A stretch of 63,856 nt of DNA, counting the filler, from Platydemus manokwari (Eukaryota): the NCBI GenBank assembly GCA_037951405.1. It is 6 parts of 6 records of this genome, joined end to end, with 100 filler letters (N's around TTAATTAATTAA, not from the genome) between each part and the next. Parts side by side here need not be neighbours in the genome. Positions count along the whole stretch, not along the records: positions 12,285 to 21,896 come from JBBMOY011225321.1; positions 21,997 to 32,263 come from JBBMOY011151549.1; 4 more parts are not named here. The stretch is one strand, 5' to 3'. Under the pieces are notes generated by a model. The model was given only the letters and a program-made list of their open reading frames with translations, did no database searches and was not told the origin of the DNA. Position numbers and translations under genes: made by a program. Below are positions 13,688 through 26,884 of this stretch, one piece after another. Position 1 is the stretch's first letter, and every line of letters begins with the position of its first letter.

Positions 13688-15579
13688 TAAATATTAACTT
13701 ATATTTTAAATATTATTTTAATTATTACCGAGAATAAAATTTCAGCAAAAACCTTATCTGTTGGAATCCAGATAAGTTAGATTTTAAATATAACTCTTCT
13801 GGTCTACAGGGATTAATCAGTATCTTTTTCCAAATTGTTCATCTGTTATCATACAACAGAAAATCATATGTAAATTATCAAAATCTTTAACTATATATAA
13901 CATTTAAATTGCTATGCAACTTATTAAATAACGTGAGTTGATGTTTAATAAAAGTTGAAATTCTACTTTTACATTATTATTATTATAACTTATAATTCAT
14001 ATACTAATTTAGCTTCAGTTAATAATATTAACTAAAATATAAATACGCAATAGCCAAGATTAAATTCACTAGAGTGGTGTAAAAATTGATTAAGAAGCAA
14101 AGTATGAAGTTACTAGTGATCCTGGTAAGCCGAATGGTAATATAGTGAATGCATATAGCTCCATATGACCCACAAATGCTGTCTCACTTTTGTCATTCTC
14201 TTATTGCAAACTGTTAATTTCCTTTATTTAAGTCAACTATTGAAAATATTTCGGAATTTCCTATTTTACATCTAGAAGATTTACTAGTGCGTATCTTTGA
14301 TAATACAGGATGTAGCAAAAATCGTTTTAATTATTATATGGCAATATTTCGTTCAATAGCTATGAATGTTCACACAAAATCAAGAGAATCGTCCCTTAAT
14401 ACACCCAATGGGAAAAGGACAAAAAATAGAGATAAAGCAACAGAGAAGAGAGACAATAAAGGGGAAACTTCGACATTGATGTTGATTCTTAATCTCAAAC
14501 ATTCAGATCCAATTTCGAAAAGCCAGCGGATCCCAATTTGTCAATCCAATTGACTAGAATCTGATTGTAGATTCACGTAATCAATACTTTGACTTTGATA
14601 ATTTCATATTCTTGATTTCATAACAATATTCGTCTCAGATTTCATTATATTTATTTCATTATACGATAATATTTCGAAATAACAATTCTGAAAATCATTT
14701 GAATATTGATTATCGTTATTTCAATAATCAAACAGTAAATAATCACAATGAAAAACAAACGAAAATATGGAATCATAAATCATCGGAAGTGAAAAGCATA
14801 TAGTTTTGAAAACAATAATAATAATAGTAAAATAAATAAAAATAGGTTAAAACTAAACTTGAAATTAGAAAAACTATGTAAACAACAAATTCTTTTAGGA
14901 CTTTCTAGAATAGTTATTTATAAATTGGTAACTAATAACCTGGCGGAGATTGGTTCTTATTAATCAAATCGAAAATGTAAATAATTAATCATGTTTTATG
15001 AAATCCAGTAATGAAATAATTGATTAAAATACTTAAGGCTGAATTGCTAAACGAAAGATCGAATATGAGTTCGGTCGTCTTCTCTTAATGACAATGGAAT
15101 CGTTATGAGACAATTGATTGAAAAAATAATGTGATTCTAGTTTGTATACTATCACTAATTCCTGTTCTTTGCCTTAGCCATTAATTATGTTCAGAGCAAT
15201 TGATTCATATAGAATTATTGATTGAGAACTGTTGAGTGCAAACAATAATTTTTTCTAGAATGAACTGGACAAGACTATTTACCCTCCTTGAAGTTAATAC
15301 ACAAATTAGCTCAAAATCATTATTCCCTGTAATAACCAGCGATACTAAAATGAGCCAAAAATACCCTGTTACATTCCCTTTTAAACAATGTTTCTTCGCG
15401 CTGAAAACTTTTCTCAGTGCAATATAAATCTGTACAATAATCTATCCAAGAACGCAGTCTAAACAAATCAATATTTACAGTTCAGCATATCCTTTTATGA
15501 AAATTTTAACAATATTCTTATTTGCTGATTTTTTTTGCAAAATATGGATGGGTATAAAATACCATGCCACGTGTTATAT

Positions 15580-16600
15580 ACATGGCCGGCAAAAAAAAAT
15601 TTGTTTTTATCAGTAAGAAAATATCTGAAGATCAAAGTTAAAATTTTCTAGGTAGATCTTTCTTAGATATAATTTCTAGGATAGATCATGAACAAGATTG
15701 GAAAGGTCAAGATTTGAATTCCAATGAATCGATTAGAGTTGGTTAAATGATTTACCCTGAAAGATGAAGGCAAATCAATGCGACATAAATTTCTTCGTTG
15801 CAACTTTAAGACGAAATAACTTTTCTGCCACCGAAATCCGTCACTTTCTTATTGAAAGTTGGAGAGCAGAGAACGTCGTCAGCCTTCGAAAAGTACAGCA
15901 GATTACCAATGAGTTTACATGAAAAACATCGAACACATTTTGAGCGAAAAGAAGGTTCAGAAAGACCAAGAACAAGCACTGCAAAAGAGAATGTTATTAT
16001 TATGCGTGCAATGATTGAGGAAGATTGCTACTTAAGCTGTCCAGTCATTTCAAGAGTCACTGAAATTAAAGAAACGAGTGTTCGCCGCATATTGAAACAA
16101 GAACTTGGAAAGAAGTCACTTTGCAGCAAATGAGTTACTCACACTCTGACGGATAATAAGAAGAGAATCAGAGTCACTTGGTGTCAAGAAATGTTGTATG
16201 GTTATTCAGCAAGAAGGGCTAAGGAAAAGGTCATTGTGATCAATGAAAAATGGATTTACCTTCAAAAGAATGCAACCATGTTTGGGCTAGGTGGACAATA
16301 TCTGATCGCAAAGTTCTGCTTATTGTTGCCAACAACTATGCAAAATCATACAACTCACGTTTTTCGAAATTTTTCAAGACGGTAGATCCATCAACGCTGA
16401 GAGATACATAAAATTCCTGCAAAATATGATTTTAAACTTTTAAACAAGACTATCTGCTTGGGAAATGTTCATTCAACATGTCAATGCCAGACCTCACGCA
16501 GCACAGTTAATTCGACTTTGGCTTGAAGAACATCACGAGTCTCTATCAAAGCCGACGGCCTACTCACCCGACACAAACCCCATACATCGCTTAATCTTCA
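15580..16600 (+). mobile_element. Degenerate mariner element (transposase pseudogene)
   Basis: Broken frames read NFSATEIRHFLIESW...ERKEGSERPRTS...ELGKKSLCSK*VTHTL (WVPHxL motif)...VIVINEKWIY...QHVNARPH...AYSPDTNP. Stops and frameshifts present; ends at a (TA)n run. Confidence 0.88.
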
Positions 16601-18444
16601 TATATATATATATATATATGTGTGTTACATGAAAAAAAGACATTAAATGAACTATAATTATAATTTTGAACATCAATTAATATTAAAAGGTTGTCTAAGA
16701 AGTATTCATTAATAAGAGCGTCAAAATTAAAATTAAGGAAAATTATCGTTTTATTAAGAAAACTAATGACAGACAGTTTACTGAAAAATTAAATATAATA
16801 AATTCGATCGACATTAAAAGCAAAATTTAAGAAAATTTGAAATGCTAAAACAATAACTTTAGATATTTAAATGAGAAATAATAATAAAAAATGATTTTGA
16901 CCATCGATATGGTAAGACTTGTCGATGAGAGTTTGTCACAATCATTTCAATGAGAAATAACAAATCGCAACAAGCTATTCCTGAAGCAGATTCGAAAGAG
17001 CTAAGCAAAATATTTTTGATGAATTGTTGAGTGAATCGTTTGTTTATTTGCTGTCTTAAGCATATAGGCTATTTTTCTGACCCACGTATAAGTAATTGAT
17101 TTTCGATCGAGTTTAATTTATCTTAACGAGCATTATTTCGATATATTAAATGGAAAAATCGATAAATAAATCGGATTCTTTTCATATCGATAAGTTGTGA
17201 TTTGAAATTTTTTGATAATTTTTGAAATTGGAATTTTATGCTTCAATAAGGTCTATGACTAATAAATAATGTTTGAATCGGATTAGATAGAAAAAAATTT
17301 AAGTAAAATTAAGCAGACTCCAAATAAAGATGCTTTAACCTATCTAAACACACTGGAACAGTAGAAGACACAATAGAAGTTACCATATTAGAAATTAGCA
17401 ATTAGAACAGAATTTTTTCAGACACGAAAAACGTTATCAGGCCCACAAATATCTCGGTAAATCTTCGCATTGGTTTATGTTTTACAGAAGAAAGTCAATC
17501 AAATAACAACAATGTAAGTGTTGATGACCAGAAAACATTAACATTTTAAAGAAAAATTCAAGATTTATTCAATTATGTATTTTTGTGCCATTTGTGTGAA
17601 AAATAAAATTCAAAACTGGCCTACGTTATTTTTACCGAGTACTACCATAAGACCATGTTGCATTAAAATCAATCTTAATTTTCAAGATTTCGTCACTGTT
17701 TGTCGAGATTAACAATAAATATTTTTATTATAAGCAGCTATAACTACGAAGGAGACATTATATCACAGCCCATACAGTCTAATCTCAATGTTTTGATAAG
17801 CTCTTTGTTTCCATAAATTTTATCTGATTTATCTACCAATGGAAAACCTTTTTGGTAGAGATTACATACCAACGTGAAGAAGTTGCAAGAATCGAAAGAA
17901 TCACTCAATTTATGTCACTAAAATACAAATATAAGTGCCAGTATTCAGGGGTTTTTATTTTTCAAACCTATTTTTATAACCAGTAATATCTAGTAAATAG
18001 TTATGAAAATTACTTTTGTTATCTGAATCAGTCCCACGTGATGTAAACACATATATTAAAGTGGTTTATTTGAAGTACATTAATTTTTGAAAACAATTCT
18101 ATTTTAAAATTTCAAAGTTATTTCAGTAAAATGTAATAATTTAATCATCTCGATCAGTGTGATTCCAATTTTTTTAAGTTAACCTTTATAACGAAATAAT
18201 CCACTATTAATTATGGTGAATTGATTTTCGATTAAGGCGACATTAAACGAGGTCATACTAACCGAGTTATATTTCAATAATTTATTCTGCATTTTGAGAA
18301 AATGTTTTTGAATTTTTTCTACGCTTATTTGTTTCATCTCTGTCCGTAACCAAAGATGATGTTAATTATCGATTTATTGCAGAATGCCTTCAATAACTCC
18401 TTGACACCAATATTGATTCAAATAATTCAACCAATGCTATAAAT

Positions 18445-18770
18445 CAGTGGTCTTCACACTTTTTATGTTGTGACCCACTTTACAGGTCCAATTTTTTTCG
18501 CGACCCCTAGCGACTAAATAAAAATAAACAAGTAATTTTTTAATATTAAATATTTTTTAAAAATCAAAAAATTAAAATATATTTAATAATAACAACGATT
18601 TTGCATATTCTGGCATAAAACATCAAACTCTGACCCTATTTTGGTGATGGCTGGTCGATCGATATTTTGCCTAAATATAATTCAGTGTCAAAAATAAAAT
18701 TTCTCACGACCCCCAAAAAATTTTTCACTCATCAACTGGTGGGTCATAACCTTCTTTTTGAAGAACACTG
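18445..18770. mobile_element. hAT-type MITE (326 bp)
   Basis: TIRs CAGTGGTCTTCA...TGAAGAACACTG with subterminal GACCC/GGGTC motifs. 8-bp TSD CTATAAAT/GTATAAAT (7/8). Confidence 0.85.
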
Positions 18771-18939
18771 GTATAAATTATTATACATGCTTTATTTGTT
18801 TTAATAAAACCATTCCAATTTTAATGGTCAATCAAATATTTCTTGAAATCAATTTGTTTTTTTTATCAGTAGTATAAAATCATAATAACAAATCGAAATA
18901 AAAATTTGAATATATATTTACTAGTCATATCAAAAACAA

Positions 18940-20453
18940 TTATTTGTGTCTTTTCAAATGCCTAATGTACAAATCTATTTTACTACACCCAACATCACAA
19001 ACTGGACAATGATAATGATCGGCTTTTTTCAAATTGCAAAACAATCGTGCACATGTACCGAATTTATATAAATGCTTTTCTTCATCTTTGATATTCAACA
19101 CAACCGAATTTTCGATCTCATCCAAAACAATGGATTCTTGGAATTTCTGTTTTTTGGACGATGGATAATTAACTGTGGGGAAACCATTATTGTTATCTAA
19201 AGATTCGTTATTCAAATCTATAAATTGATTGTCGCAAGATCCCGACGATATGGGCGACAACTGACTCGGTAAATCTCTAATCGATAGAAAGCTGGTAAAC
19301 GTTTCTGGATTTTCTGTCACCACTCGTGACCGTTTGAGTGACGTTCCGTTTCGATTACTGTTACCATTCGCTCTTTTGAGCACTATGTTGCAATGAACGG
19401 ATTCTACATGGGCTAATCTATGAAGATTGGATAGATGTGATGATACAAATTCACAATTATTATATGAGCAATGGTAATGACTTTTTGCTTCTTCATAGTT
19501 GCACTTCAGGCATAATTTGAATTCTAAATTGGTCAATTCTTCTGCAACACTGTGACGTTTTCCATGTTGTCTCAATTGATCTTTGCCTTTCATCACTTCC
19601 AAACAATTCCCATTCTCTGCAAAACAATGATAGTGGTCCTTGTAAAGCATATGACACCGTGAATTACAGACATCGTTGGCAGTAAATCGTTTAACTTGTG
19701 TCGAAAAAAACTCATCGAAATCAAATGACTTTGGTTTCCAGAGTCGTTTCGGTAACGATTTTGGAATTAAATGTTGCTTTTTGGAAAGATCGAGCGGTTC
19801 ATTCTGAAGTGAAACTGATGGAGTTATGGTAGACAGTGGAGGGTTGGAGAGTAGAAATTTGATCAAATCCAAAATAACATCTAAAAAATTGGAAATCAAT
19901 AAAATAAATCATAATGGGATAAAATTATCCATTTTGTAAATCTAATTTTAATTAAAATTGTAAATCTATAATATAAATTTTATCTTCAATTAACTTTATG
20001 AGCTTTGTTTTCTGAAAGATTTAAGGAATTATTTTATTCATTTCTCAAGTAAGAATTTTAAAGTTCAAGGAAAATTTTATGAGTGGATATTTTACTGATT
20101 TAAAGATTTTTATGCGTATAAAATTTATGTTGAACAAAATAATCATTAATTAATTTATTTATTAAATATCGATTTAATAATATTTTATAATTTTTTAATT
20201 AAATAAAATAATAATTAAATAATCAATAAAATGGTTAAATTTATAAATATATCACGTGGTGACATTCACATTATTACCAAGAGTTAGTTTAATTCTCGAA
20301 ACATTTCTTACTTGAATTATTGATATTTCCTCCCACTGTATCTGTTGTTGTCGATATAATTTTATTCAAACCATTTTCGATCTGATTCAATTGATCATTT
20401 TGTTGGGTTTTGTCCAAATTACCATTCTCACAAAGCTTGACAATATTTTCCAT
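18940..20453 (-). CDS. Castor (CASZ1)-type zinc-finger protein, ~360 aa; exons 20453-20312 and 19880-18940
   Basis: ATG at 20453 with an upstream in-frame stop. Phase-1 GT/AG junction joins in frame to the 319-aa ORF. Three castor-type units (C..C...HYHC..C...H...H) and an EPLDLSKK motif. Confidence 0.82.
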
Positions 20454-21896
20454 GGATTACAATGAAGACTGGAATCGAAAAATCTGTGAACAAAAATCAA
20501 TCGATAATTTTCCGAAAATTGTTTCATGAATAAAATAATGAATTGATATATCCAGTTTTTGATAAGCTTAAATTCACAACAATGTCAGACAAAATAATGT
20601 TTTTACTAATCTACCAGAAAATTATACAATAGATTATAAAATGTATTGCAAAGGGTTTCTATAGATACCATTGTCAAAATGCAGCAAGATAGAATTATGG
20701 AAGAATACATACAAAAGATAGTTTTCCTTTGGATTGTATTTCCAATAACATTTACAGAAAATATGGATTCGGAACAATGAGATGCTTTTAATTTCAGATT
20801 TTTCTTTATAAATTATTGATCTTCAAAGTTGTTATTTTAATTACTATAAATATATCATTTAAAATTTTCAAATTGATCGCGCTTTAATGACATATGTACG
20901 TTGTTTGATATGAAAAAAATAAGCCTAATTTTATAAAAAAAAGATACCATTGTCATAAATTTTCAAAATAAAACAACAAAAATAGATTATATCAACCGAA
21001 TTTAATAGAATCCACAATATAACATGAATTGTTGGTGACCATAAATAACGCTGTAAACACTGGTGTTAAGTTAATGATATACGTCATAGTTGATTGACAT
21101 TGATTGGGATTATTGGAACATAAAACCCATCTTAAAATAAATCGGTATTCATTCCAATTTCAATTGAACATGTTAAATTTATTCCAACGTGTCACACGAA
21201 TTTTTTGATGCTAACGTAATTTATACGTCATACAATTGTCGAAATCAATCTATTACATCATCGTAATAATCATTTCACTATCTAGTATGATCAATGAGAC
21301 AAACAAACATATCTGATGAATTGCTAGACACAAATTTTTCATGTTGGATTTTTTCGTTCATCATTCCCGGTATAAACCGTGTTTTGTCATAAGAATATAC
21401 TCAAAAACGACAAGCGTTAAATATTCCTCAATATCATAAATACCATGATGAGATCACCAAATTTAAACACCAATTAATTCTAAAAATTGCTTTGTAATAA
21501 AAAATATAACCATAGTAATCTTATATTGGTTAAATTAATCTATAAATTATTAATAAATCCATTTTTTAAGCTTGACAATTACATTCTCAGCAACTAAGAA
21601 AGCTTTTTAGGTACTACTTGTAACATCAGCATGTTTATGAAATCAATAAAATATATTTCTGTGAAAAATGACGTCAGTGTGGTACGTGCTACTATTGCCA
21701 ACTGTGAATTTCTATATGTGTGACTTATCAGGGTGCAATATAAATCATGTTATTGATAATAATAAGTAGTGAAAAATTTAATTTATTTATATTCCTATGA
21801 ATATATTATAGTAATTTTGGTACACAATTAATGTCCAATTATTCGCCATTTTTAATCCTTAAACCCGAATTCTTAATATCATAATTATCAGAGTTA

Positions 21897-21996
21897 NNNN
21901 NNNNNNNNNNNNNNNNNNNNNNNNNNNNNNNNNNNNNNNNTTAATTAATTAANNNNNNNNNNNNNNNNNNNNNNNNNNNNNNNNNNNNNNNNNNNN
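21897..21996. other. Artificial contig-joining spacer
   Basis: 44N-TTAATTAATTAA-44N. Confidence 0.97.
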
Positions 21997-22075
21997 TAAC
22001 TATAAGCCATAAGAAAGATAGTTATTAAAATTTTCATTTCAAATAGCGAATTAGCTATTGAATTAGAAATCCTAC

Positions 22076-25000
22076 CCGAGGCCAGCATTTCGTTTTATTG
22101 GTATTATCGGAATCAATATCATTGTCGTATTGTCTCCACGTGTAATACACACTGCCCAACATTCCATTGATGAAAACAATATCGAAATCTTTGAAATGTG
22201 AAACAGATCTACAATCGATTTTTCCAATAATTGAAATTGAAAAACCACCAATTTACTTCTGATGATCTAGCAGGAAAATGTCTGGTGTGAATATGGTGAC
22301 CTGATTTGGAAGATCTTTCTTTAATTGTGATATGTTTGATATTACTTTGACAACGTTAAGATTGAGAACAATATTGTCATTAACAACCCACGATTTGAGC
22401 AATTTATTCACATCTGAAATATATTATATTGGTATATCAAAAATATAAAACATTATAATCTTCAAAATATATATTTAACAATGATATTTACAATGTTGAA
22501 GTAATTAGATCGAAATATGGAAACAATGAAAATAAAATCTTTATTCTTTTGGCTAATTCTTATAAATATAATTATTATATTTTGTCGAAAACCATATCTT
22601 ATTATTACTTATCGATTATGCACCCCCGCGAGATTCAATCCGTTCAACGGAAACTACGGTTAAAAAAAATATTTTCCCAACATTGATGAAGATGAAATAA
22701 TTATTTGCGTTCAATTTTTAATGAATTTTCATAAAAAGAACCTCGATAGGTAATCGCCATTGGTAATATAATCTAATCCGTAAACACGAACATGGGGTCA
22801 ATTAAGCCATAAAGCTTCAACAATAATCAAAGATAATATAGTTAATGTCATTCGAAATATATAAAATTAAATATGAAGATGACTTCCACCAATTTTGTCA
22901 TTTTTATACACCGAATTTGGATCTAGGTATCAGAACTGAAATGATACAAGTATGAATCCGATCGACTGACTTTAATAAATCTCACACCACTGGTAAATAA
23001 TTAATAAAACAATGTCTATCGATCTGTGACGGATATTATTAGTATTCATTCTATAAATAGTGATTGCGCAATAAAGCAATATCAAGAAAAGGTTAATTCA
23101 AGTGTCCATATTCTAATACAGATGATTTCGATATCAAATAAGATTTCAAAATTCAAAAAGGCCAGATGCTAGAAGAATCCTTCAACATTAATTAAACCTT
23201 GAAATGTTAATCATTGAGTGAATGAATCCAAATAAATAAAGTGACAGAGTTAAGACTAAATAACAAAAAAACCCATAAAATAAATAGATTATAATAACTA
23301 TTTGATAATTGGGAATGGTGAAAAATCTTTTAGGATCAAACAAAATTACCATCAAGCGGATTCATTTTAAATTTTACAAGGTAATAAATCCATGGATTGA
23401 CAGTTCTTTATCGAATAATTGTTATGGTGATAAGAAACCCCACAGATCATGGGTGAATAAAAAGTGATTCATTGATTGATTTGCTTCTAATTAATGTTCT
23501 CAGTGTTCTGAATCCATATCAATATGCGATATTAAACGAGTTCAATTGAATCTACCACCGATATTCTCACGACAATCGACGATATTTTCTAATAAACGGT
23601 AACTAATTATAACCCGGAAATACAAAAGACAGTCGAGAATATTTTATGTGCTTATGACGATGTGTGGTGTGTTTATTTCCTGCATATTCCAATAATCACG
23701 AATGACGACTATGTTGATCGACAAATAATTCAACTGAAAAATTATTTATGTGAAACTCACAATGTAATTTAAAATCTAAATCAATCGTTTGCGAATTTCG
23801 AAAGCACAAATTCTCAATCTATTCCAGATATTTTCATTCTGATAAATTACTCGAGTTTCCTTCTTTGTTGAGAGATTTCCCAATTCATTAATTCTAATGA
23901 TCAAAAATAAAAACAATGCTAACGCTATAATTGTTGACGTCACGGAAAATATAATAATTAAATTGGGAACAAATTATTTATCGATTATTTATTTCTCGAA
24001 ACCTAAAACTTCTATATTGGATATATTTGGCATATTTATTTATCAAATTGAGAAATCATCTCTGCCCGACTGGAGGAATGATAATTGACAATCGTAAGCC
24101 AATAAATCATTCATTAATGAAAATATGTCGTTGGGGTTTCAGATATAATAAATCAGATAATAATAATTATTATCAATATATTCACTTTTGCCAATAGATA
24201 ATCTCTCCAAAAATTCTTTTCTCGTCAATCAAAATGAATCAAGAATTCCTCAATCAAATATAGCTTCATTGTCAAGAGAAACATTATCTATACGTTTAAT
24301 AATATCGACCATCACATAGATTGCACTATCCTCTTTATTGGACGTTATATTATAATCAATAATTGAAAGAGAAAATTAAATTGTGAAGATACACAGATAT
24401 TCATGTATTGTTCGAGAAATTTTTCATTATTCTACACTATTTTCAATCCTTTACAAAGATTACAATCCAACATCATCATATCTAAATTCGATATGTTGAT
24501 AAATTATCCGATTCAATCAATAGAATATCAGAAAATATCCCCTTGAATATATTTTTTGTCTATAATTGTTCTAACAGTATTAATTTATTATGTTAACTAT
24601 TTCATTTTAGAGTTCATTGAAAGCCACAAAAGTATTATCATTTCAATCGATATTGAAAACTTGTATATTCATATTTATGTGTGACCTTGTCAATAACAGT
24701 GGGTAATAATCAATAATTAATTCACAATGAATAAAATATATTTCATATCTTGTCATCATAAAATTGGGAGAAACTTGAACTATCAGATTTATGGGTTTTT
24801 TATTGATCTATTTGAACAAGAACAATCAATATAGATATTTTCAAAAATATTTTATATAAAAATTTATTTGTATGTCAAATTGATACGAAAAAAAATATTA
24901 TTTAATTTGTTAATATTTCAATATAAATTGTGTATTATCAAAGTGAAAAATAAAATCATTAAATATCGAAAAAATTAATGAAATAATAATAATGACTATC

Positions 25001-26884
25001 ATTATTATTAAAAAATATTACACTAAAAATGTAAACATTTCATACCCAACATAAACAAAATTGGAATTATATTGATTCCAGATTTTAAACACGATTTTAT
25101 TGATTTACCATGGTAACAGTCCGATTATGGTGAATAATCTAATATCGTTGGCAACTAGAATGTTACAATGGATACGCTTTTAAGTTTAAAAATGATCACG
25201 TAGTGGTGGATTCAAATCAATCAAAGAATAACGCGCTAAATTCTGATATTTATAAATAAGAAATGCTACAGAGCAGTCCGATGAAGATTTGAAGGACTTG
25301 GTATTTAAAATAGAAAATCGATATTAAATGCTGCAATAAACGACTACCGGTAATTGAATGTTATGAATATTGAATAAATTTAAACTTCTAAAAACATATT
25401 GATATCCGAGAATATAAAATTCCTACCTAATACACTGATCAACCTGCATTTCATCTATTTATAAGATCTTAAAATATTAAATTATATCAATGAAGAGCTC
25501 ATTGCATTAAAAGATAGTGTGTCATTTACAAAACATTTTTAATTGACCTCAAATATCAAGTATCACCGTTTATTTTTAATTAATTTATTGATTTTTCATG
25601 AAATACATCAAGAATCTTATTAGAGCTCAGAATATATTTCTTTAAATAATTAACACAAATCAGCTGGTATTGGATTCCTTCACGAAATCAAATATCTCTA
25701 ATTTTCGGAAATTTTCAACAGAATTCACAGAAATCACAGAAATAACCCAAAACTACAATACAAAATCTACAGTGGAAATAATATGTCCAATAATTGGAGT
25801 GAATAATGATATCTACTTATTGGGTTCACATTCTAAATATAAAACTGCCATTGAAAATGAATTTATTAATCTATTATATTTTCAAATGTTACGGTAAATA
25901 TTTTATCAAAGAGATTATATAAATCACATAAAATTATTATGACATGGTTAAGAAAATAGCATAAAATTGATATCAACTCATTTTGTGAATATGATATAAA
26001 ACGTTCACTAATCCAGTTGAAGGACATTAAAATGTATATAAAGAGTAATGAGATCTTAGTCTTTTATTATTTGTTTATTAAATGCGTATAAATAATCGTC
26101 GATTTAATAAAAATATCTCATCAATTCTAATCGATATTTCTGTACTTATTTTTGAATTCGTTTTCAAAGGGGACACATTGATTTTGCGCGTTAATGAGGA
26201 AATCTTAAGATGATGAATCGGTTTTGTACTGCTATATTCATCAATATCGAGTAAGGACTTCGAGTCTAATATTTAATGTTTCATCACACTGACTATCACT
26301 CACAACTTATCCGTGAATACCTGGTGTAATTGCGCTTTGGCTACACACATCATAAAAAATCAATTCAGAAAATTCTATATTAAATAAATCAATAAAGGAA
26401 CACAATTAAAAAACCAGGCATTAATTAATTCAAATAAATACTACAGATTTATTAACATTTACAAAAATATTTATCTACCACAACTATAAATTCATTATAA
26501 TAATAATAATATAGCTGGCTTACATTCATTCTGAATCAGTTCTAATGATTCTTTCTTCTGAGAAATGTTTGCTAGAACCTCACTTAATGTCATGCTTGCA
26601 TCATCTGTCAACAGTGCATCAAAACCATAATACAAAATTAGATCTTGAAGCATAGATAAACCATTCTGTGAAACGAATTTACCCAGAAATAGTTCGTTCT
26701 TAAATCGATAATATGTTATCCCGTGGATTATTAATGTAAATAAGTTTACTTTTGTGTGAGCTGATAAATTGTTCAATGTTTCCTCGACATTCTTTCGAAA
26801 ATTTACTTTTCTATTATTTAATTTATCTAACAGAGTAAAAGAAATAGACTTTTTGAGAGTTTCTCTGGGATTTATGAGATTTAT
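22076..26884 (-). CDS. SERAC1: SERAC1 (serine active site-containing 1, alpha/beta hydrolase), internal exons 26884-26750, 26698-26524, 22413-22257, 22208-22076
   Basis: In-frame spliced product ...SQNGLSMLQDL...VLANIS...VISNIS...PDIFLL...FDIVFINGMLGSVYYTWRQYD...KCWPR follows the human motif order GGLQLLQ...ILANL...[20 protein letters not shown]...CWPK. Introns of 51, ~4100 and 48 nt, all GT-AG. Confidence 0.88.
23770..24360 (-). pseudogene. Decayed single-pass membrane protein, possibly cadherin-like, inside the SERAC1 intron
   Basis: One frame over ~195 codons with 7 stops: ...DNVSLDNEAIFD*...SIGKSEYIDN...IYYI*NPNDIFSL...NLIIIFSVTSTIIALALFLFLIIR (TM-like)... Confidence 0.35.
25104..25117. 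promoter_or_regulatory. RFX X-box-like palindrome
   Basis: GTTACCATGGTAAA on the - strand (13/14 to GTTNCCATGGNAAC), with a GGCAAC half-site ~35 bp downstream. Confidence 0.4.
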
